DNA of 64,000 nt from an uncultured Chloroflexia bacterium (GTDB lineage Bacteria > Chloroflexota > Limnocylindria > Limnocylindrales > CSP1-4), in NCBI GenBank assembly GCA_963738685.1, contig CAVTXK010000002.1, positions 1,603,815 to 1,667,814 on the forward strand, in the 5' to 3' direction. Positions within the stretch are counted from its first letter, which is position 1. Every line of letters starts with the position of its first letter. Both the position numbers and the translations under genes were made by a program. The notes below the pieces were generated by a model. That model did not search any database. It saw only the letters and a program-made list of their open reading frames with translations, and had not been told where the DNA came from. Shown in pieces: positions 47,340 through 56,746 of this stretch.

Positions 47340-48319
47340 GAGCAGCCCTCCTCGGGGTTGAGTCGGAACGACCCGGCATTCGCCTCGGTCCGGAGCTCGA
47401 TGCGGATCACCGCGGTGTCGTACCCGGGCGTCTCCCACGCCTCCCCGACCTGGACGAGCCCCGCCTCCCCGAAGTCCTGCGAGGAAAGGACGCTGTCCCC
47501 GGTAAGCAGACGCAGCGCCACATCGCGTGGGGCGCACAGGCGGATGCTGCCGGCATTGGCCTCGATCGAGCCCGTCATCGACAGCGACGGCAGATCGAGC
47601 CCGAGCTCGCCCGCATTGATGCCGATCTCAACCCCTTCGATCTCGACGATGTCGCGCAGGTCGATGATCGCCTGCCCGGCATTGACGTCGACGGTCACGA
47701 TGGCCACCCGTGCCTCCTCGAGATCGACGGTCATCCGCCCCGCATTGAGCTCCAGGCCGAGGTCGAGGCGGCTCTCCGTGGGCAGGGTGATGAGCCAGTC
47801 GTCGCGCTCCCCGAGGAGGTTCGCCGGCCCCGAGTCGGACGGGCCGATGTCGAGCTCGTCGGCCCCACGGTCGATCTGGGGTCCGGTGCCGTCCTCGTCG
47901 GTGCCCTCGACGGTCCAGCCGTTGCCTGGGCCCGTCCCGATCTCGACCTCTCCACAGTCCAGCGTGACGCGTACCTGTGCGTCGGTGCCGAGGGTCCCTG
48001 ATCTCGGCTCGAACGGGACGCCACCCTCGTCCGGCCCACAGACCCCGGACGGGAAGCCGGCGAGGCCGCCGAACCCGCTGGCGAGCGCCCCACCGACGAG
48101 GATTCCCAGCGTGGCCGAGACGATCAGCCCGCCAAGGACCTCCAGCGGCGTCTTCGTGAAGATCAGGCCGAGCCCGGCGCCGACCAGGAGCAGCGGCCAG
48201 AACGACCACCAGCGATCGAGCACCGCGGGATCGAGCGCGCCCGTCTGCACGGCCAGCGGTACTCCGCCGGCCACGATGAAGAAGACGCCCCAACCGAGCA
48301 GGTCCTTGTTGACGCGCAC
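47336..48319 (-). CDS. membrane protein with C-terminal DUF4097/LiaF-like 'toastrack' beta-helix domain
   Basis: 327 aa with 3-4 N-terminal TM helices. Repetitive ...LELNAGRMTVDL..VDVNAGQAIIDL..IGINAGELGLDL..IEANAGSIRL..TEANAGSFRL strands. Confidence 0.6.
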   Translation of the reverse strand: MRVNKDLLGWGVFFIVAGGVPLAVQTGALDPAVLDRWWSFWPLLLVGAGLGLIFTKTPLEVLGGLIVSATLGILVGGALASGFGGLAGFPSGVCGPDEGGVPFEPRSGTLGTDAQVRVTLDCGEVEIGTGPGNGWTVEGTDEDGTGPQIDRGADELDIGPSDSGPANLLGERDDWLITLPTESRLDLGLELNAGRMTVDLEEARVAIVTVDVNAGQAIIDLRDIVEIEGVEIGINAGELGLDLPSLSMTGSIEANAGSIRLCAPRDVALRLLTGDSVLSSQDFGEAGLVQVGEAWETPGYDTAVIRIELRTEANAGSFRLNPEEGCS

Positions 48320-48445
48320 GCCGTCACGATACGCGCCGGCGCCTCCTCGCGCACCTCGTCATGCGGTCCGATGGTCGTGTGCTAGCCTCCGGCGAACGGC
48401 CGGGACGGGTCCGGCACGTGCCATCCTGTTAGAGAGGATCCGCGC

Positions 48446-48988
48446 ATGCGCCTGAGCGACTGGCGGGCTCGAGCCCCGCACAAGGACGCGATGACCCTCA
48501 AGGTCACGGCGGTCATCGAACCAGTCCTGTCGTCGCTGGGCGCCGAGTCCGATCCGTCCTGCTGGGTCGCGTGGGGGGACGACCCGGCGGTGCGCTACAC
48601 GATCCTGGCGCCGACGCCGGCAGGCCTCGTCGTCGCCCATGTCCGGGTGAACGTCCCGCAGGAGGGCCCACGGGCGGGCGGCAAGGTCGTCCGCTGGAGC
48701 CGGGTACAGATCGGCGAGCTCGCCATCGAGATGGCCGGCGGGCATCGATTGATCAGCTTCCAGGTCGAAAACCAGGTCATGCGTGGCTCCGACGCCGACG
48801 CCGATACCATCGCGGCCTTCGCGCTCGAGCTGTTCGCCGCCATCGATGGCCGGACCTACACGCCACCGACCACGAAGGGCCGGCGCAAGCCGAAGCCGGC
48901 ACCCACGAAGACCACGGCCGCGTCGTCGCGCACGCCCGGCCGGACGGCGCCACGCAAGTTGCTCCCGCCGCCGGGGGCCGGCTCCTGA
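48446..48988 (+). CDS. hypothetical protein with basic Pro/Lys/Thr-rich tail
   Basis: 180-aa ORF with protein-like composition. No motif recognised. Confidence 0.5.
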   Translation: MRLSDWRARAPHKDAMTLKVTAVIEPVLSSLGAESDPSCWVAWGDDPAVRYTILAPTPAGLVVAHVRVNVPQEGPRAGGKVVRWSRVQIGELAIEMAGGHRLISFQVENQVMRGSDADADTIAAFALELFAAIDGRTYTPPTTKGRRKPKPAPTKTTAASSRTPGRTAPRKLLPPPGAGS

Positions 48989-49005
48989 CTGGCGCTTCGC
49001 CCACC

Positions 49006-49857
49006 GTGACCCCGCCAGGGCGGCCGCGGCAGGTCCATCCGCTCCGAAGGACGATCCGGTACTGGGCGTCGCGGCTCGTGGCCGCTGCCGTGACGCGCGG
49101 CTGGCTGCGCATCCGGGTCGAGGGGATCGAGCGACTGCCCGGTGGGCCGGCCATCTATGCCTTCAACCACCTGTCGTGGGTCGACCCGTTCGTGCTGATG
49201 GCGACGCTGCCATTCCGTCCCCGGCTGTTCTTCTTCGGGCCCAAGGAGGAGGACATGGGGGCCGGCGGCCGAAATCGACTGATGCACTGGACCGGCGCCA
49301 CGATCCCCTACAAGCCCGGCAAGAACGACCTGCTGGAGGCGACCCGGCGCGTCGGCGCGGTCATCGCCGACGGCGGCGTCGTCGCGATCGCCGGGGAAGG
49401 ACGGATCGGGGCCATCGAGTCGGCGATCCTGCCGCTCAATGACGGCCCAGCCTACTTCGCGCTTCGCTCGCGGATCCCGGTCGTCCCGATCGCGATCAAC
49501 GGGGTGAGCTGGCTCCGCTTCGGCGGTCGGATCCGGGTGCGGGTCGGTGCGCCCATCAGGGGCGAGGGCCGACCCGATCGCGCGGCTGTTGCCGCCCTGA
49601 CGGCCGAATTGGAAGGCGCGCTGGCCGCGCTCGTGGCCGACGCTCCGGACCCCGAGCGTACCGGACGGGTGGCCCGCTGGCTGACGGATCGGTTCAACGA
49701 CTGGCCGGAAGGATCGCGCGAGGCCGCCCTCGAAGCGCAGCTGACCGGAACGACGGCCTCATCGACCGGTTCGGCCATCGTCGCCGAGGGCGTCGGTCCG
49801 CAACCCCCACCGCCTCCGACCACCGACTTGGACCCCGGAGCGTGGGCCGGCAGCTGA
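49006..49857 (+). CDS. 1-acyl-sn-glycerol-3-phosphate acyltransferase (PlsC/LPLAT family)
   Basis: GTG at 49006 in the frame of track ORF 48571..49857. HX4D motif NHLSWVDP, AGEGRI, VPIAING. Confidence 0.8.
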   Translation: MTPPGRPRQVHPLRRTIRYWASRLVAAAVTRGWLRIRVEGIERLPGGPAIYAFNHLSWVDPFVLMATLPFRPRLFFFGPKEEDMGAGGRNRLMHWTGATIPYKPGKNDLLEATRRVGAVIADGGVVAIAGEGRIGAIESAILPLNDGPAYFALRSRIPVVPIAINGVSWLRFGGRIRVRVGAPIRGEGRPDRAAVAALTAELEGALAALVADAPDPERTGRVARWLTDRFNDWPEGSREAALEAQLTGTTASSTGSAIVAEGVGPQPPPPPTTDLDPGAWAGS

Positions 49858-49915
49858 GCGAGTCGGTCTGGCATACTCGGGCGGACGTCCCCAGGTCCAC
49901 TGCACAGGAGCGTTC

Positions 49916-50281
49916 GTGGCAGCGACCGGCCTTTCGCCCGACCCGACCGAGTACCGAGCCCGCCTGACCGAGCAGAGCGACGAACAGATCGATCTCTGGG
50001 CCGCGGAGATGATGCGCGATGTCGCCAAGCGCCGCGGCGTCCTCCGGGTCCTCGACGATTTCCGCCGGTCGGCCAAGCTCGACGAGCGCGATATCGAACG
50101 GGTGTTCGCTTCTGGCGGTGGCCCGACGGCGGTGGTCGGCCGCGACGCCACCGGCCGGCAGATGATCCCGGCCGTCGCCCTGTTCGCGCTGGTGCCGGGC
50201 ATCCGCGCCGATGCGCCGGACGGTCGACAGCGCCTGATCGACTACCTCGTCGAGAACTTCGACGAGCTCGTTTACGTCTGA
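49916..50281 (+). CDS. hypothetical protein
   Basis: 121-aa ORF with balanced composition. No motif recognised. Confidence 0.45.
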   Translation: MAATGLSPDPTEYRARLTEQSDEQIDLWAAEMMRDVAKRRGVLRVLDDFRRSAKLDERDIERVFASGGGPTAVVGRDATGRQMIPAVALFALVPGIRADAPDGRQRLIDYLVENFDELVYV

Positions 50282-50297
50282 GGCCGTCGGCCTCCGT

Positions 50298-51119
50298 CTG
50301 GCGGGTCTGGTCCGCCTCGTCCACCCGTTTCCCTCGCTCCTCGATGGCGTCGTCGTCGCCGCCGTCGCCCTGGTCGCCGGGGGAGAACCGGGTGTCGCCG
50401 CCGCACTCGGGGTCTCGATGACGGCCCTCCAGGCATCGATCGGCGCCGTGAACGACCTCCACGACGCCCCAGCCGACGCCGGCCGCAAGCCGGGCAAGCC
50501 GATCCCCGCGGGACTGGTCTCGGTCCCAGTTGCACGGGTCGTGGCGGTGGTGGGCGCCGTGCTTGGGTTGCTGCTGGCGACGACCGTGGACCCGCGTCTG
50601 ACCGTCCTGGCGGTCGCGGTCCTGGCCATCGGCTATGGGTACGACCTGCTCGCCAAGGGGACGGCCTGGTCGTGGCTACCGTTCGCGGTCGGGATCCCCA
50701 TCCTGCCGGTGTACGGGTGGCTCGGCGGGGCGGGGTCCCTCCCGGCCTTCTTCGGTGTGCTCATCCCGATGGCGGTCGCGGCCGGGGCGGCCCTCGCCAT
50801 CGCCAACGCCCGGGCGGATGCGGAACGCGATATCGTGGCCGGGACGACGTCGATCGCCACGCGGCTCGGTCTCGAATGGTCGTGGCGGCTCCACGCCGCG
50901 CTGTGGGTCATCGTCGTCGCCCTCGGGCTGGGCTGGCTGGTCGGCGCCGCCGTTCCGGCCGCGCGGTGGCTGCCGGTCGCCGCCGCCGTCGCGATCCTGG
51001 GAGTCGGTGTCGTGGCGGGACGGCGGGCCGACGCGCCCGGGCGAGAGCGAGCGTGGCAGGTGGAAGCCGTCGCGGTCGCCTTGGCCCTCGTGGCCTGGCT
51101 GAGCGTCGCGCTGGGTTAG
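50298..51119 (+). CDS. UbiA-family prenyltransferase (start codon unresolved)
   Basis: NDLHDAPADAGRKPGKPIP (NDxxD Asp-rich motif) and about 8 TM helices. The first TM helix (LVRLVHPFPSLLDGVVVAAVALVAGG) lies upstream of the first ATG (50418). The frame is open from 50238 with no ATG/GTG/TTG, only CTG at 50298 and 50307. Confidence 0.65.
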   Translation: MAGLVRLVHPFPSLLDGVVVAAVALVAGGEPGVAAALGVSMTALQASIGAVNDLHDAPADAGRKPGKPIPAGLVSVPVARVVAVVGAVLGLLLATTVDPRLTVLAVAVLAIGYGYDLLAKGTAWSWLPFAVGIPILPVYGWLGGAGSLPAFFGVLIPMAVAAGAALAIANARADAERDIVAGTTSIATRLGLEWSWRLHAALWVIVVALGLGWLVGAAVPAARWLPVAAAVAILGVGVVAGRRADAPGRERAWQVEAVAVALALVAWLSVALG

Positions 51120-52153
51120 CCCCCGGAGTCGCCCGTCCGGACGAGGGCGATGGCATTCTCCAGCCGGAGCTTCGCGATCGTGAGGTACTTCGCGAGGTTG
51201 GCTCGATCGACCTCGCCGATGGAGCGGACCGCCTCCGGTGAGCGCAGGACGCCAACGAGGTCATCCAGGGCCTCGCCCAACGACTGCTTGGCATTGACCA
51301 GTGAGTCATCGCCGATCTCGACGAGGATCTCCGAAGCGGGCAGGGGCTCGGGCGCCGGCAGCACGCCGTCCTCGAGCTGGAGGTCCGCCTCCTCGTGGGC
51401 GGCATCGTCGATCCCGATCGAGTCGGTCGCTCGGGCGGACCGGGTTCGCCGGCCCTCGATCTTGTCGCGAAGTTTGACGAGCGTGAGCTCACCACGCGCC
51501 ACCTGATCGGCCAAGCGCTTGCGCTTCCGTGGGTCGTCGACCTTCATGAGTTCGTACGCATGCGACAGGGTGTCTTTGCGCAAGGACACAAGCTCGCGAA
51601 CCTCCGGGGGCGCATCCGCGAGGCGCAGCCGGTTCTCCAGGTAGCCCTTGTCCTTACCCAGCTTGTCCGCCAGCTTGCGGATGCTGTACCCATGCTCGCG
51701 GACCATGCGGTCGTACATGGCGGCTTCGTCGAGCGGCGAGATGTCTTCGCGCTGGAGGTTCTCGATGATCGAGATCTCGAGCGCGGTGTCGTCGTCGATC
51801 TCCTCGATGAGCGCCGGGATCGTCGCCAGGCCCGCCTGCTTCGTGGCCCGCCAGCGACGCTCTCCGGCGACCAGCTGGTAGCGGTTCTGACCGGTCGGCC
51901 GGACGAGGATGGGCTGGAGGACGCCGTGCTCGCGGATCGACGCGGTCAGCTCATCGAGCGTGTCCTGGTTGAAGGCGAGGCGCGGCTGCTGCGGGTTCGA
52001 TTCGATGTGTTCGACGGGGACGATGCGAACGCCCACGCTGCGGGTGACGGCGTCGTTCGACAGGAGGCTGACGATCGCGGGCGAGAGTTCGCGCTCCTCG
52101 GACAGGCGGCGTGCAGCGGTAGCTCGGAAATCAGGGCGCGCCAAGGTCGACAA
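51116..52153 (-). CDS. parB: ParB/Spo0J-family partition protein (divergent)
   Basis: 345 aa. [43 protein letters not shown] (arginine patch), [26 protein letters not shown]. Confidence 0.85.
   Translation of the reverse strand: MSTLARPDFRATAARRLSEERELSPAIVSLLSNDAVTRSVGVRIVPVEHIESNPQQPRLAFNQDTLDELTASIREHGVLQPILVRPTGQNRYQLVAGERRWRATKQAGLATIPALIEEIDDDTALEISIIENLQREDISPLDEAAMYDRMVREHGYSIRKLADKLGKDKGYLENRLRLADAPPEVRELVSLRKDTLSHAYELMKVDDPRKRKRLADQVARGELTLVKLRDKIEGRRTRSARATDSIGIDDAAHEEADLQLEDGVLPAPEPLPASEILVEIGDDSLVNAKQSLGEALDDLVGVLRSPEAVRSIGEVDRANLAKYLTIAKLRLENAIALVRTGDSGG
51570..51589. promoter_or_regulatory. palindrome copy 1 (GTGTCTTTGCGCAAGGACAC) inside parB
   Basis: Core 51572-51587 GTCTTTGCGCAAGGAC, 19/20 symmetric. 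Encodes VSLRKDT of ParB. Confidence 0.6.
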
Positions 52154-52922
52154 CCTCCCTCGCCAGCTCGCGATACGTGCGAGCCGCCTCGCTGCTGCCG
52201 GCGTACGACGTGATCGGTCGACCGACCAGCGGCGCCTCGCCGAGCTTCACGGTGTTGCGGACGATGCTGCTGAAGACGTGGTGGTCACCCACGACGCGCA
52301 GTTCGTCGAGCATGTCGCGCGCCAGGTTCGTCCTGCCGTCGTAGAACGTCGGCAGGAGCCCGAGGATGCGCAGGTCCCGGTTCAGCTTCAGCCGGATCGC
52401 GTTGATGACCTTGACGAGATTGGTCAGGCCCTTCATCGCGTAGTACTGCGTCTGCACCGGGATGATCACGCCACTCGCCGCGACAAGGCCGTTGACCGTG
52501 AGGAGGCCGAGGTTGGGCGGGCAGTCGATGATGGTGTAGTCGTAGCCCTCGAGATGGCCCTCGATCGCCTCGCGCAGGATCTGCTCGCGCCCGAGGGCCG
52601 TGAACAACTCACCCTCGGTGGAGGCCAGATCGATGTGGGCAGGTGCGACGTCGATCCCGGCACTGTCGGTCGCCAGCACGATCTCGGGGAGCGTTGCGCG
52701 CCCATCGGCGAGGACGTCGGCCATGGACCGCTCGACCGTGTTGAGGTTGATCCCGAGGCCGGCGGTCAGGTTCGCCTGCGGATCCATATCGATGCAGAGG
52801 ACGCGATATCCCTCCTCGGCGAGCGCGCCGGCGAGATTGATCGCCGTCGTCGTCTTCCCGACGCCACCCTTCTGGTTGGCGATCGCGATCACATTGGTCA
52901 CAGGGGCATCACCTCGGATCAT
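52131..52922 (-). CDS. parA: ParA/Soj-family partition ATPase
   Basis: Deviant Walker [27 protein letters not shown]. Start taken as the ATG at 52922 (alternative ATG at 52973). Overlaps parB by 23 nt. Confidence 0.85.
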   Translation of the reverse strand: MIRGDAPVTNVIAIANQKGGVGKTTTAINLAGALAEEGYRVLCIDMDPQANLTAGLGINLNTVERSMADVLADGRATLPEIVLATDSAGIDVAPAHIDLASTEGELFTALGREQILREAIEGHLEGYDYTIIDCPPNLGLLTVNGLVAASGVIIPVQTQYYAMKGLTNLVKVINAIRLKLNRDLRILGLLPTFYDGRTNLARDMLDELRVVGDHHVFSSIVRNTVKLGEAPLVGRPITSYAGSSEAARTYRELAREVVDLGAP

Positions 52923-53006
52923 CGGCCCGGCTGGGGGAGACCGGCGTGGCGGGACGGGCGGGATGTCGACCATGCTACTCCAGGCATGGCTGTCGCGAAC
53001 GCGCGG

Positions 53007-53051
53007 GTTATCCACACGGATCGGGAGTTGTTCACCATTTCCGTGGATAAC
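53007..53051. promoter_or_regulatory. inverted pair of DnaA-box-like 9-mers: GTTATCCAC(A) ... GTGGATAAC, 27-nt spacer
   Basis: TTATCCACA at 53008-53016 is the exact E. coli-type DnaA box. The reverse complement of 53042-53050 is TTATCCACG. A TATGAT -10-like hexamer follows at 53060-53065. Confidence 0.4.
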
Positions 53052-53072
53052 TGGGACCGTATGATGGCCGGT

Positions 53073-53088
53073 GTCCTTGCACAAAGAC
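53073..53088. promoter_or_regulatory. palindrome copy 2 (GTCCTTGCACAAAGAC) in the pccB leader
   Basis: 7 nt downstream of TATGAT and about 30 nt upstream of the GGAGG (53103) + TTG (53116) start signals. Confidence 0.55.
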
Positions 53089-53115
53089 GGGCTGCGCACG
53101 ACGGAGGTCGACACG

Positions 53116-54660
53116 TTGGCGACGAATGAGGAGCGTTCTGCGCGGCTCGATGCGATGCGCGCCGAGGCGTTGCTCGGTGGCGGATCGGAACGCATCGAAC
53201 AGCAGCACGAACGCGGAAAGCTGACGGCGCGCGAGCGACTCGAGCTGCTCCTGGATGCGGGGTCGTTCGTGGAGCTCGACGCATTCGTCACGAATCGCAA
53301 CCCCGAAGTAGAAACGGCGTTCCTCGGCGATGGGGTCGTGACGGGCCACGGCAAGATCGACGGTCGGCTCGTCTTCGTCTTCAGCCAGGACTTCACGGTC
53401 TTCGGCGGGTCGTTGTCGGAGGCCTACGCCGAGAAGATCTGCAAGATCATGGACATGGCGATGAAGGTCGGGGCGCCGATCGTCGGGCTCAACGACTCGG
53501 GTGGCGCACGGATCCAGGAAGGTGTCGTGTCGCTCGGTGGCTACGCTGACATCTTCCTGCGTAATACATTGGCGTCCGGGGTCGTGCCGCAGATCTCCGT
53601 CGTCATGGGCCCGTGCGCCGGGGGAGCGGTGTATTCACCGGCGATCACCGATTTCACGGTGATGGTCGAAGGCACGAGCTACATGTTCGTGACCGGGCCC
53701 AATGTCGTTCGTGCCGTCACCCATGAGGAGGTCGACGCCGAGCGGTTGGGTGGAGCGACCACGCACACGACGCGCAGCGGGGTCGCGCACCTGGCCGCCC
53801 ACGACGAGGCCGAGGCGCTGGCCGCCGCGCGACGGATCCTCGGCCATCTGCCCCAGAACAACCTGGGCGACGCACCGATCGTGGTGTCGTCCGATCCGAT
53901 CGACCGCCAGGATCCGGGCCTGGACACGATCGTCCCCGATGACCCGTCGCGGCCATACGACATGCACGAGGTCATCGAGGGCATCGTCGATGACCGGGCC
54001 TTCCTCGAGATCCAGCCGGGATGGGCGCCGAACATCATCACGGGCTTCGCGCATCTCGGCGGGCGAAGTGTCGGGATCGTGGCGCAACAGCCGGCCGTCC
54101 TGGCGGGTGCGCTCGACATCGACGCATCGACCAAAGCGGCCAGGTTCGTCCGGACGTGCGACTGCTTCAATGTGCCGTTGCTGACGCTCGTCGACGTGCC
54201 GGGGTTCATGCCCGGGGTCGAACAGGAGCACGGCGGAATCATCCGCCACGGCGCCAAGCTGCTCTATGCGTATTGCGAGGCAACGGTCCCCAAGCTCACC
54301 GTCATCACGCGCAAGGCGTACGGCGGCGCATACGACGTCATGTCGAGCAAGCACGTCCGCGGCGACATCAATCTGGCGTGGCCGACGGCAGAGATCGCGG
54401 TCATGGGCGCGGAGGGGGCCGTGAACATCCTGAACCGCGACGAGATCGCGGCAGCGAGCGATGCGGTGGCAGAACGCGCGCGTCTCGTCGCCGACTACGA
54501 GGAGCGATTCGCGAACCCGTACGTCGCGGCGGCGCGCGGGTATGTCGACGACGTCATCAAGCCGTCCGAGACACGGCCGCGGCTGATCGCGGCGCTGGAG
54601 ATGCTGGCGAACAAGCGCGACACCAACCCACCGAAGAAGCACGGCAACATCCCGTTGTGA
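53116..54660 (+). CDS. pccB: propionyl-CoA carboxylase beta subunit / acyl-CoA carboxyltransferase
   Basis: [54 protein letters not shown]. The TTG at 53116 has a GGAGG RBS. The track start GTG at 53071 has none. Confidence 0.9.
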   Translation: MATNEERSARLDAMRAEALLGGGSERIEQQHERGKLTARERLELLLDAGSFVELDAFVTNRNPEVETAFLGDGVVTGHGKIDGRLVFVFSQDFTVFGGSLSEAYAEKICKIMDMAMKVGAPIVGLNDSGGARIQEGVVSLGGYADIFLRNTLASGVVPQISVVMGPCAGGAVYSPAITDFTVMVEGTSYMFVTGPNVVRAVTHEEVDAERLGGATTHTTRSGVAHLAAHDEAEALAAARRILGHLPQNNLGDAPIVVSSDPIDRQDPGLDTIVPDDPSRPYDMHEVIEGIVDDRAFLEIQPGWAPNIITGFAHLGGRSVGIVAQQPAVLAGALDIDASTKAARFVRTCDCFNVPLLTLVDVPGFMPGVEQEHGGIIRHGAKLLYAYCEATVPKLTVITRKAYGGAYDVMSSKHVRGDINLAWPTAEIAVMGAEGAVNILNRDEIAAASDAVAERARLVADYEERFANPYVAAARGYVDDVIKPSETRPRLIAALEMLANKRDTNPPKKHGNIPL

Positions 54661-56261
54661 CCACGACCTCCGACTCGGCCCGCCCGTCTTTGCGCAAGGA
54701 CAGGTCGGGGCCGCCATTCCACCGGCTGTTGGTAGCGAACCGGGGGGAGATCGCGGTGCGGATCATCCGCACCTGCCGAGACCTGGGTGTCGAGACGGTC
54801 GCGGTGTTCTCGGACGCCGACGCGGATGCCCTCCATGTCCGCCTGGCCGATGCCGCGGTCCGCCTTGGACCCGCACCGGCGGGGGAGAGCTACTTGCGAT
54901 CCGATGCGATCGTCGCCGCGGCGCTGGCCTCGGGCGCCGAGGCGATCCACCCCGGTTACGGCTTCCTGTCGGAACGCGCGTCGTTTGCTCGAGCGGTCGC
55001 GGACGCCGGTCTCGTCTTCGTCGGCCCGAGTGACGAGGCGATCGACGCGCTCGGCGACAAGCTTGCCGCGCGGCGGACCGCACAGGCCCACGGCGTGCCC
55101 GTGGTCCCGGGTACGTTCGAGCCGGCACCGGTAGATCGCCCCGACGATGTCGGCGCGATCCTTGCAGAGGCGGAGCGCATCGGGTTCCCCTTGCTGGTCA
55201 AGGCCTCGGCCGGCGGCGGTGGTCGCGGGATGCGGCGGGTCACCTCGGCGAACGACCTGCCGACTGCGCTAGCGGCCGGTTCCGCCGAGGCACGCGCCGC
55301 GTTCGGAGATGGGGCCGTCTACCTCGAATGTGAGATCAGCCCGGCGCGGCATATCGAGGTCCAGCTGCTCGGCGACGCCGACGGGACGATCGTGGCGCTC
55401 GGCGAGCGCGATTGCTCCATCCAGCGCCGACACCAGAAGCTCGTCGAGGAGACACCGGCCCCGGGCCTGACCGTCGGGGAGCGCGCGGCGTTGCATGCCA
55501 TGGCCGTCATGGCCGCACGGGCGGCGAATCTGCACAACGCGGCGACCGCGGAGTTCCTCTTCGATGCCGATCGACGGTTCTGGTTCCTTGAGGTCAACGC
55601 TCGCCTCCAGGTCGAGCACGGCGTGACGGAACTCGTCACGGATCTGGACCTCGTCGCGGAACAACTCTGGATCGCCGCCGGCGCCCCGTTGTCGGATGAG
55701 GCCCGGAGCGCCGCGGACGCCGCCGCGACACCGACCCGCCACGCGATCGAGATCCGCCTTGCGGCCGAGGACCCGGCACGCGATTTTGCGCCCGCGCCCG
55801 GGCGGATCGGATCGTGGGTGATGCCATCGGGACCGGGGGTTCGCGTCGACACGGCGATCCGTCCTGGCGAACGCGTGCCGCCCGACTACGACCCGCTCAT
55901 CGCCAAGGTCATGACGGTGGGCGCGGATCGACGGGAGGCGCTCCTGCGGATGCGGCGCGCCCTCGACGAGATCGAGGTGACCGGCATCCAGACGACCTTG
56001 CCGTTCGACCGCGCGCTCCTGCGTGATCCGGCCTTCGTGGACGGGGAGGCGCTCGGGACCGACTGGGTCGAGCGACGCTGGGATGGCGCCGAGGACCGAG
56101 CACGATCGTATCGACGGGCGGCCGAAGCGGCGGCGGCCGCGAGCCAGGTCGACGCCGACGGCGGTCGTGACGAAGGGTCGTCTTTGCGCAAAGACGCCGA
56201 GCTCGGCGGAGCGTGGCTCGAGGCCGGGCGCGCCGCCGCGATCTCGCGCTGGCCGCGATGA
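54657..56261 (+). CDS. biotin carboxylase subunit of acyl-CoA carboxylase (no BCCP domain)
   Basis: The GTG overlaps the pccB stop (GTGA). [47 protein letters not shown]. Has a roughly 60-aa non-conserved C-terminal tail. Confidence 0.9.
   Translation: MTTTSDSARPSLRKDRSGPPFHRLLVANRGEIAVRIIRTCRDLGVETVAVFSDADADALHVRLADAAVRLGPAPAGESYLRSDAIVAAALASGAEAIHPGYGFLSERASFARAVADAGLVFVGPSDEAIDALGDKLAARRTAQAHGVPVVPGTFEPAPVDRPDDVGAILAEAERIGFPLLVKASAGGGGRGMRRVTSANDLPTALAAGSAEARAAFGDGAVYLECEISPARHIEVQLLGDADGTIVALGERDCSIQRRHQKLVEETPAPGLTVGERAALHAMAVMAARAANLHNAATAEFLFDADRRFWFLEVNARLQVEHGVTELVTDLDLVAEQLWIAAGAPLSDEARSAADAAATPTRHAIEIRLAAEDPARDFAPAPGRIGSWVMPSGPGVRVDTAIRPGERVPPDYDPLIAKVMTVGADRREALLRMRRALDEIEVTGIQTTLPFDRALLRDPAFVDGEALGTDWVERRWDGAEDRARSYRRAAEAAAAASQVDADGGRDEGSSLRKDAELGGAWLEAGRAAAISRWPR
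54686..54701. promoter_or_regulatory. palindrome copy 3 (GTCTTTGCGCAAGGAC), about 25 nt after the pccB stop
   Basis: The 16-mer is identical to the parB copy. Confidence 0.55.
56179..56196. promoter_or_regulatory. palindrome copy 4 (CGTCTTTGCGCAAAGACG, perfect 18 bp), about 60 nt upstream of the BCCP start
   Basis: Read directly. Confidence 0.55.
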
Positions 56262-56746
56262 GCGCGCCGGGTCCGATGCGAGTGAGCCCGGCCCCGAACA
56301 CGGCTCATCCCGAAGATGCCCAGGTCGTGGTCTCGCCCGATGACGCGCATGAAGCCCGCGTCGACGCCCGAACCCAGGTCGGTCGCAGCGGACCGATGGA
56401 CCGAGCCGGCCGCCACCCGGTGGAGGTCGTTGTCGATGGCTGGCGGTTCGAATTCCTCGTCGAGGACGAAGCCCGTGCGGCCCTCCGCGACCGAGCCACG
56501 CGCGGCCGGGGGGCCGCCGGCACGACCGATGGCCCGCTGGAGATCCATGCCATCATCCCGGGGAGGATCCTGGACGTCGCCGTCGTCGCGGGCGACACCG
56601 TCGAGGCCGGCCAGACGCTGCTAGCCGTGGAGGCCATGAAGATGCAGAACGAGCTTCGGGCACCACGGGCCGGAACCGTGACCCGCGTCGCGGTCGCGGC
56701 CGGTACGACCGTCGAGCTCGGTGACCTCCTCGTGGTCCTGGGATGA
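56258..56746 (+). CDS. biotin carboxyl carrier protein (biotinyl/lipoyl domain)
   Basis: The ATG overlaps the upstream stop (ATGA). Biotinylation motif EAMKMQNEL in a C-terminal hammerhead domain. Confidence 0.8.
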   Translation: MSAPGPMRVSPAPNTAHPEDAQVVVSPDDAHEARVDARTQVGRSGPMDRAGRHPVEVVVDGWRFEFLVEDEARAALRDRATRGRGAAGTTDGPLEIHAIIPGRILDVAVVAGDTVEAGQTLLAVEAMKMQNELRAPRAGTVTRVAVAAGTTVELGDLLVVLG

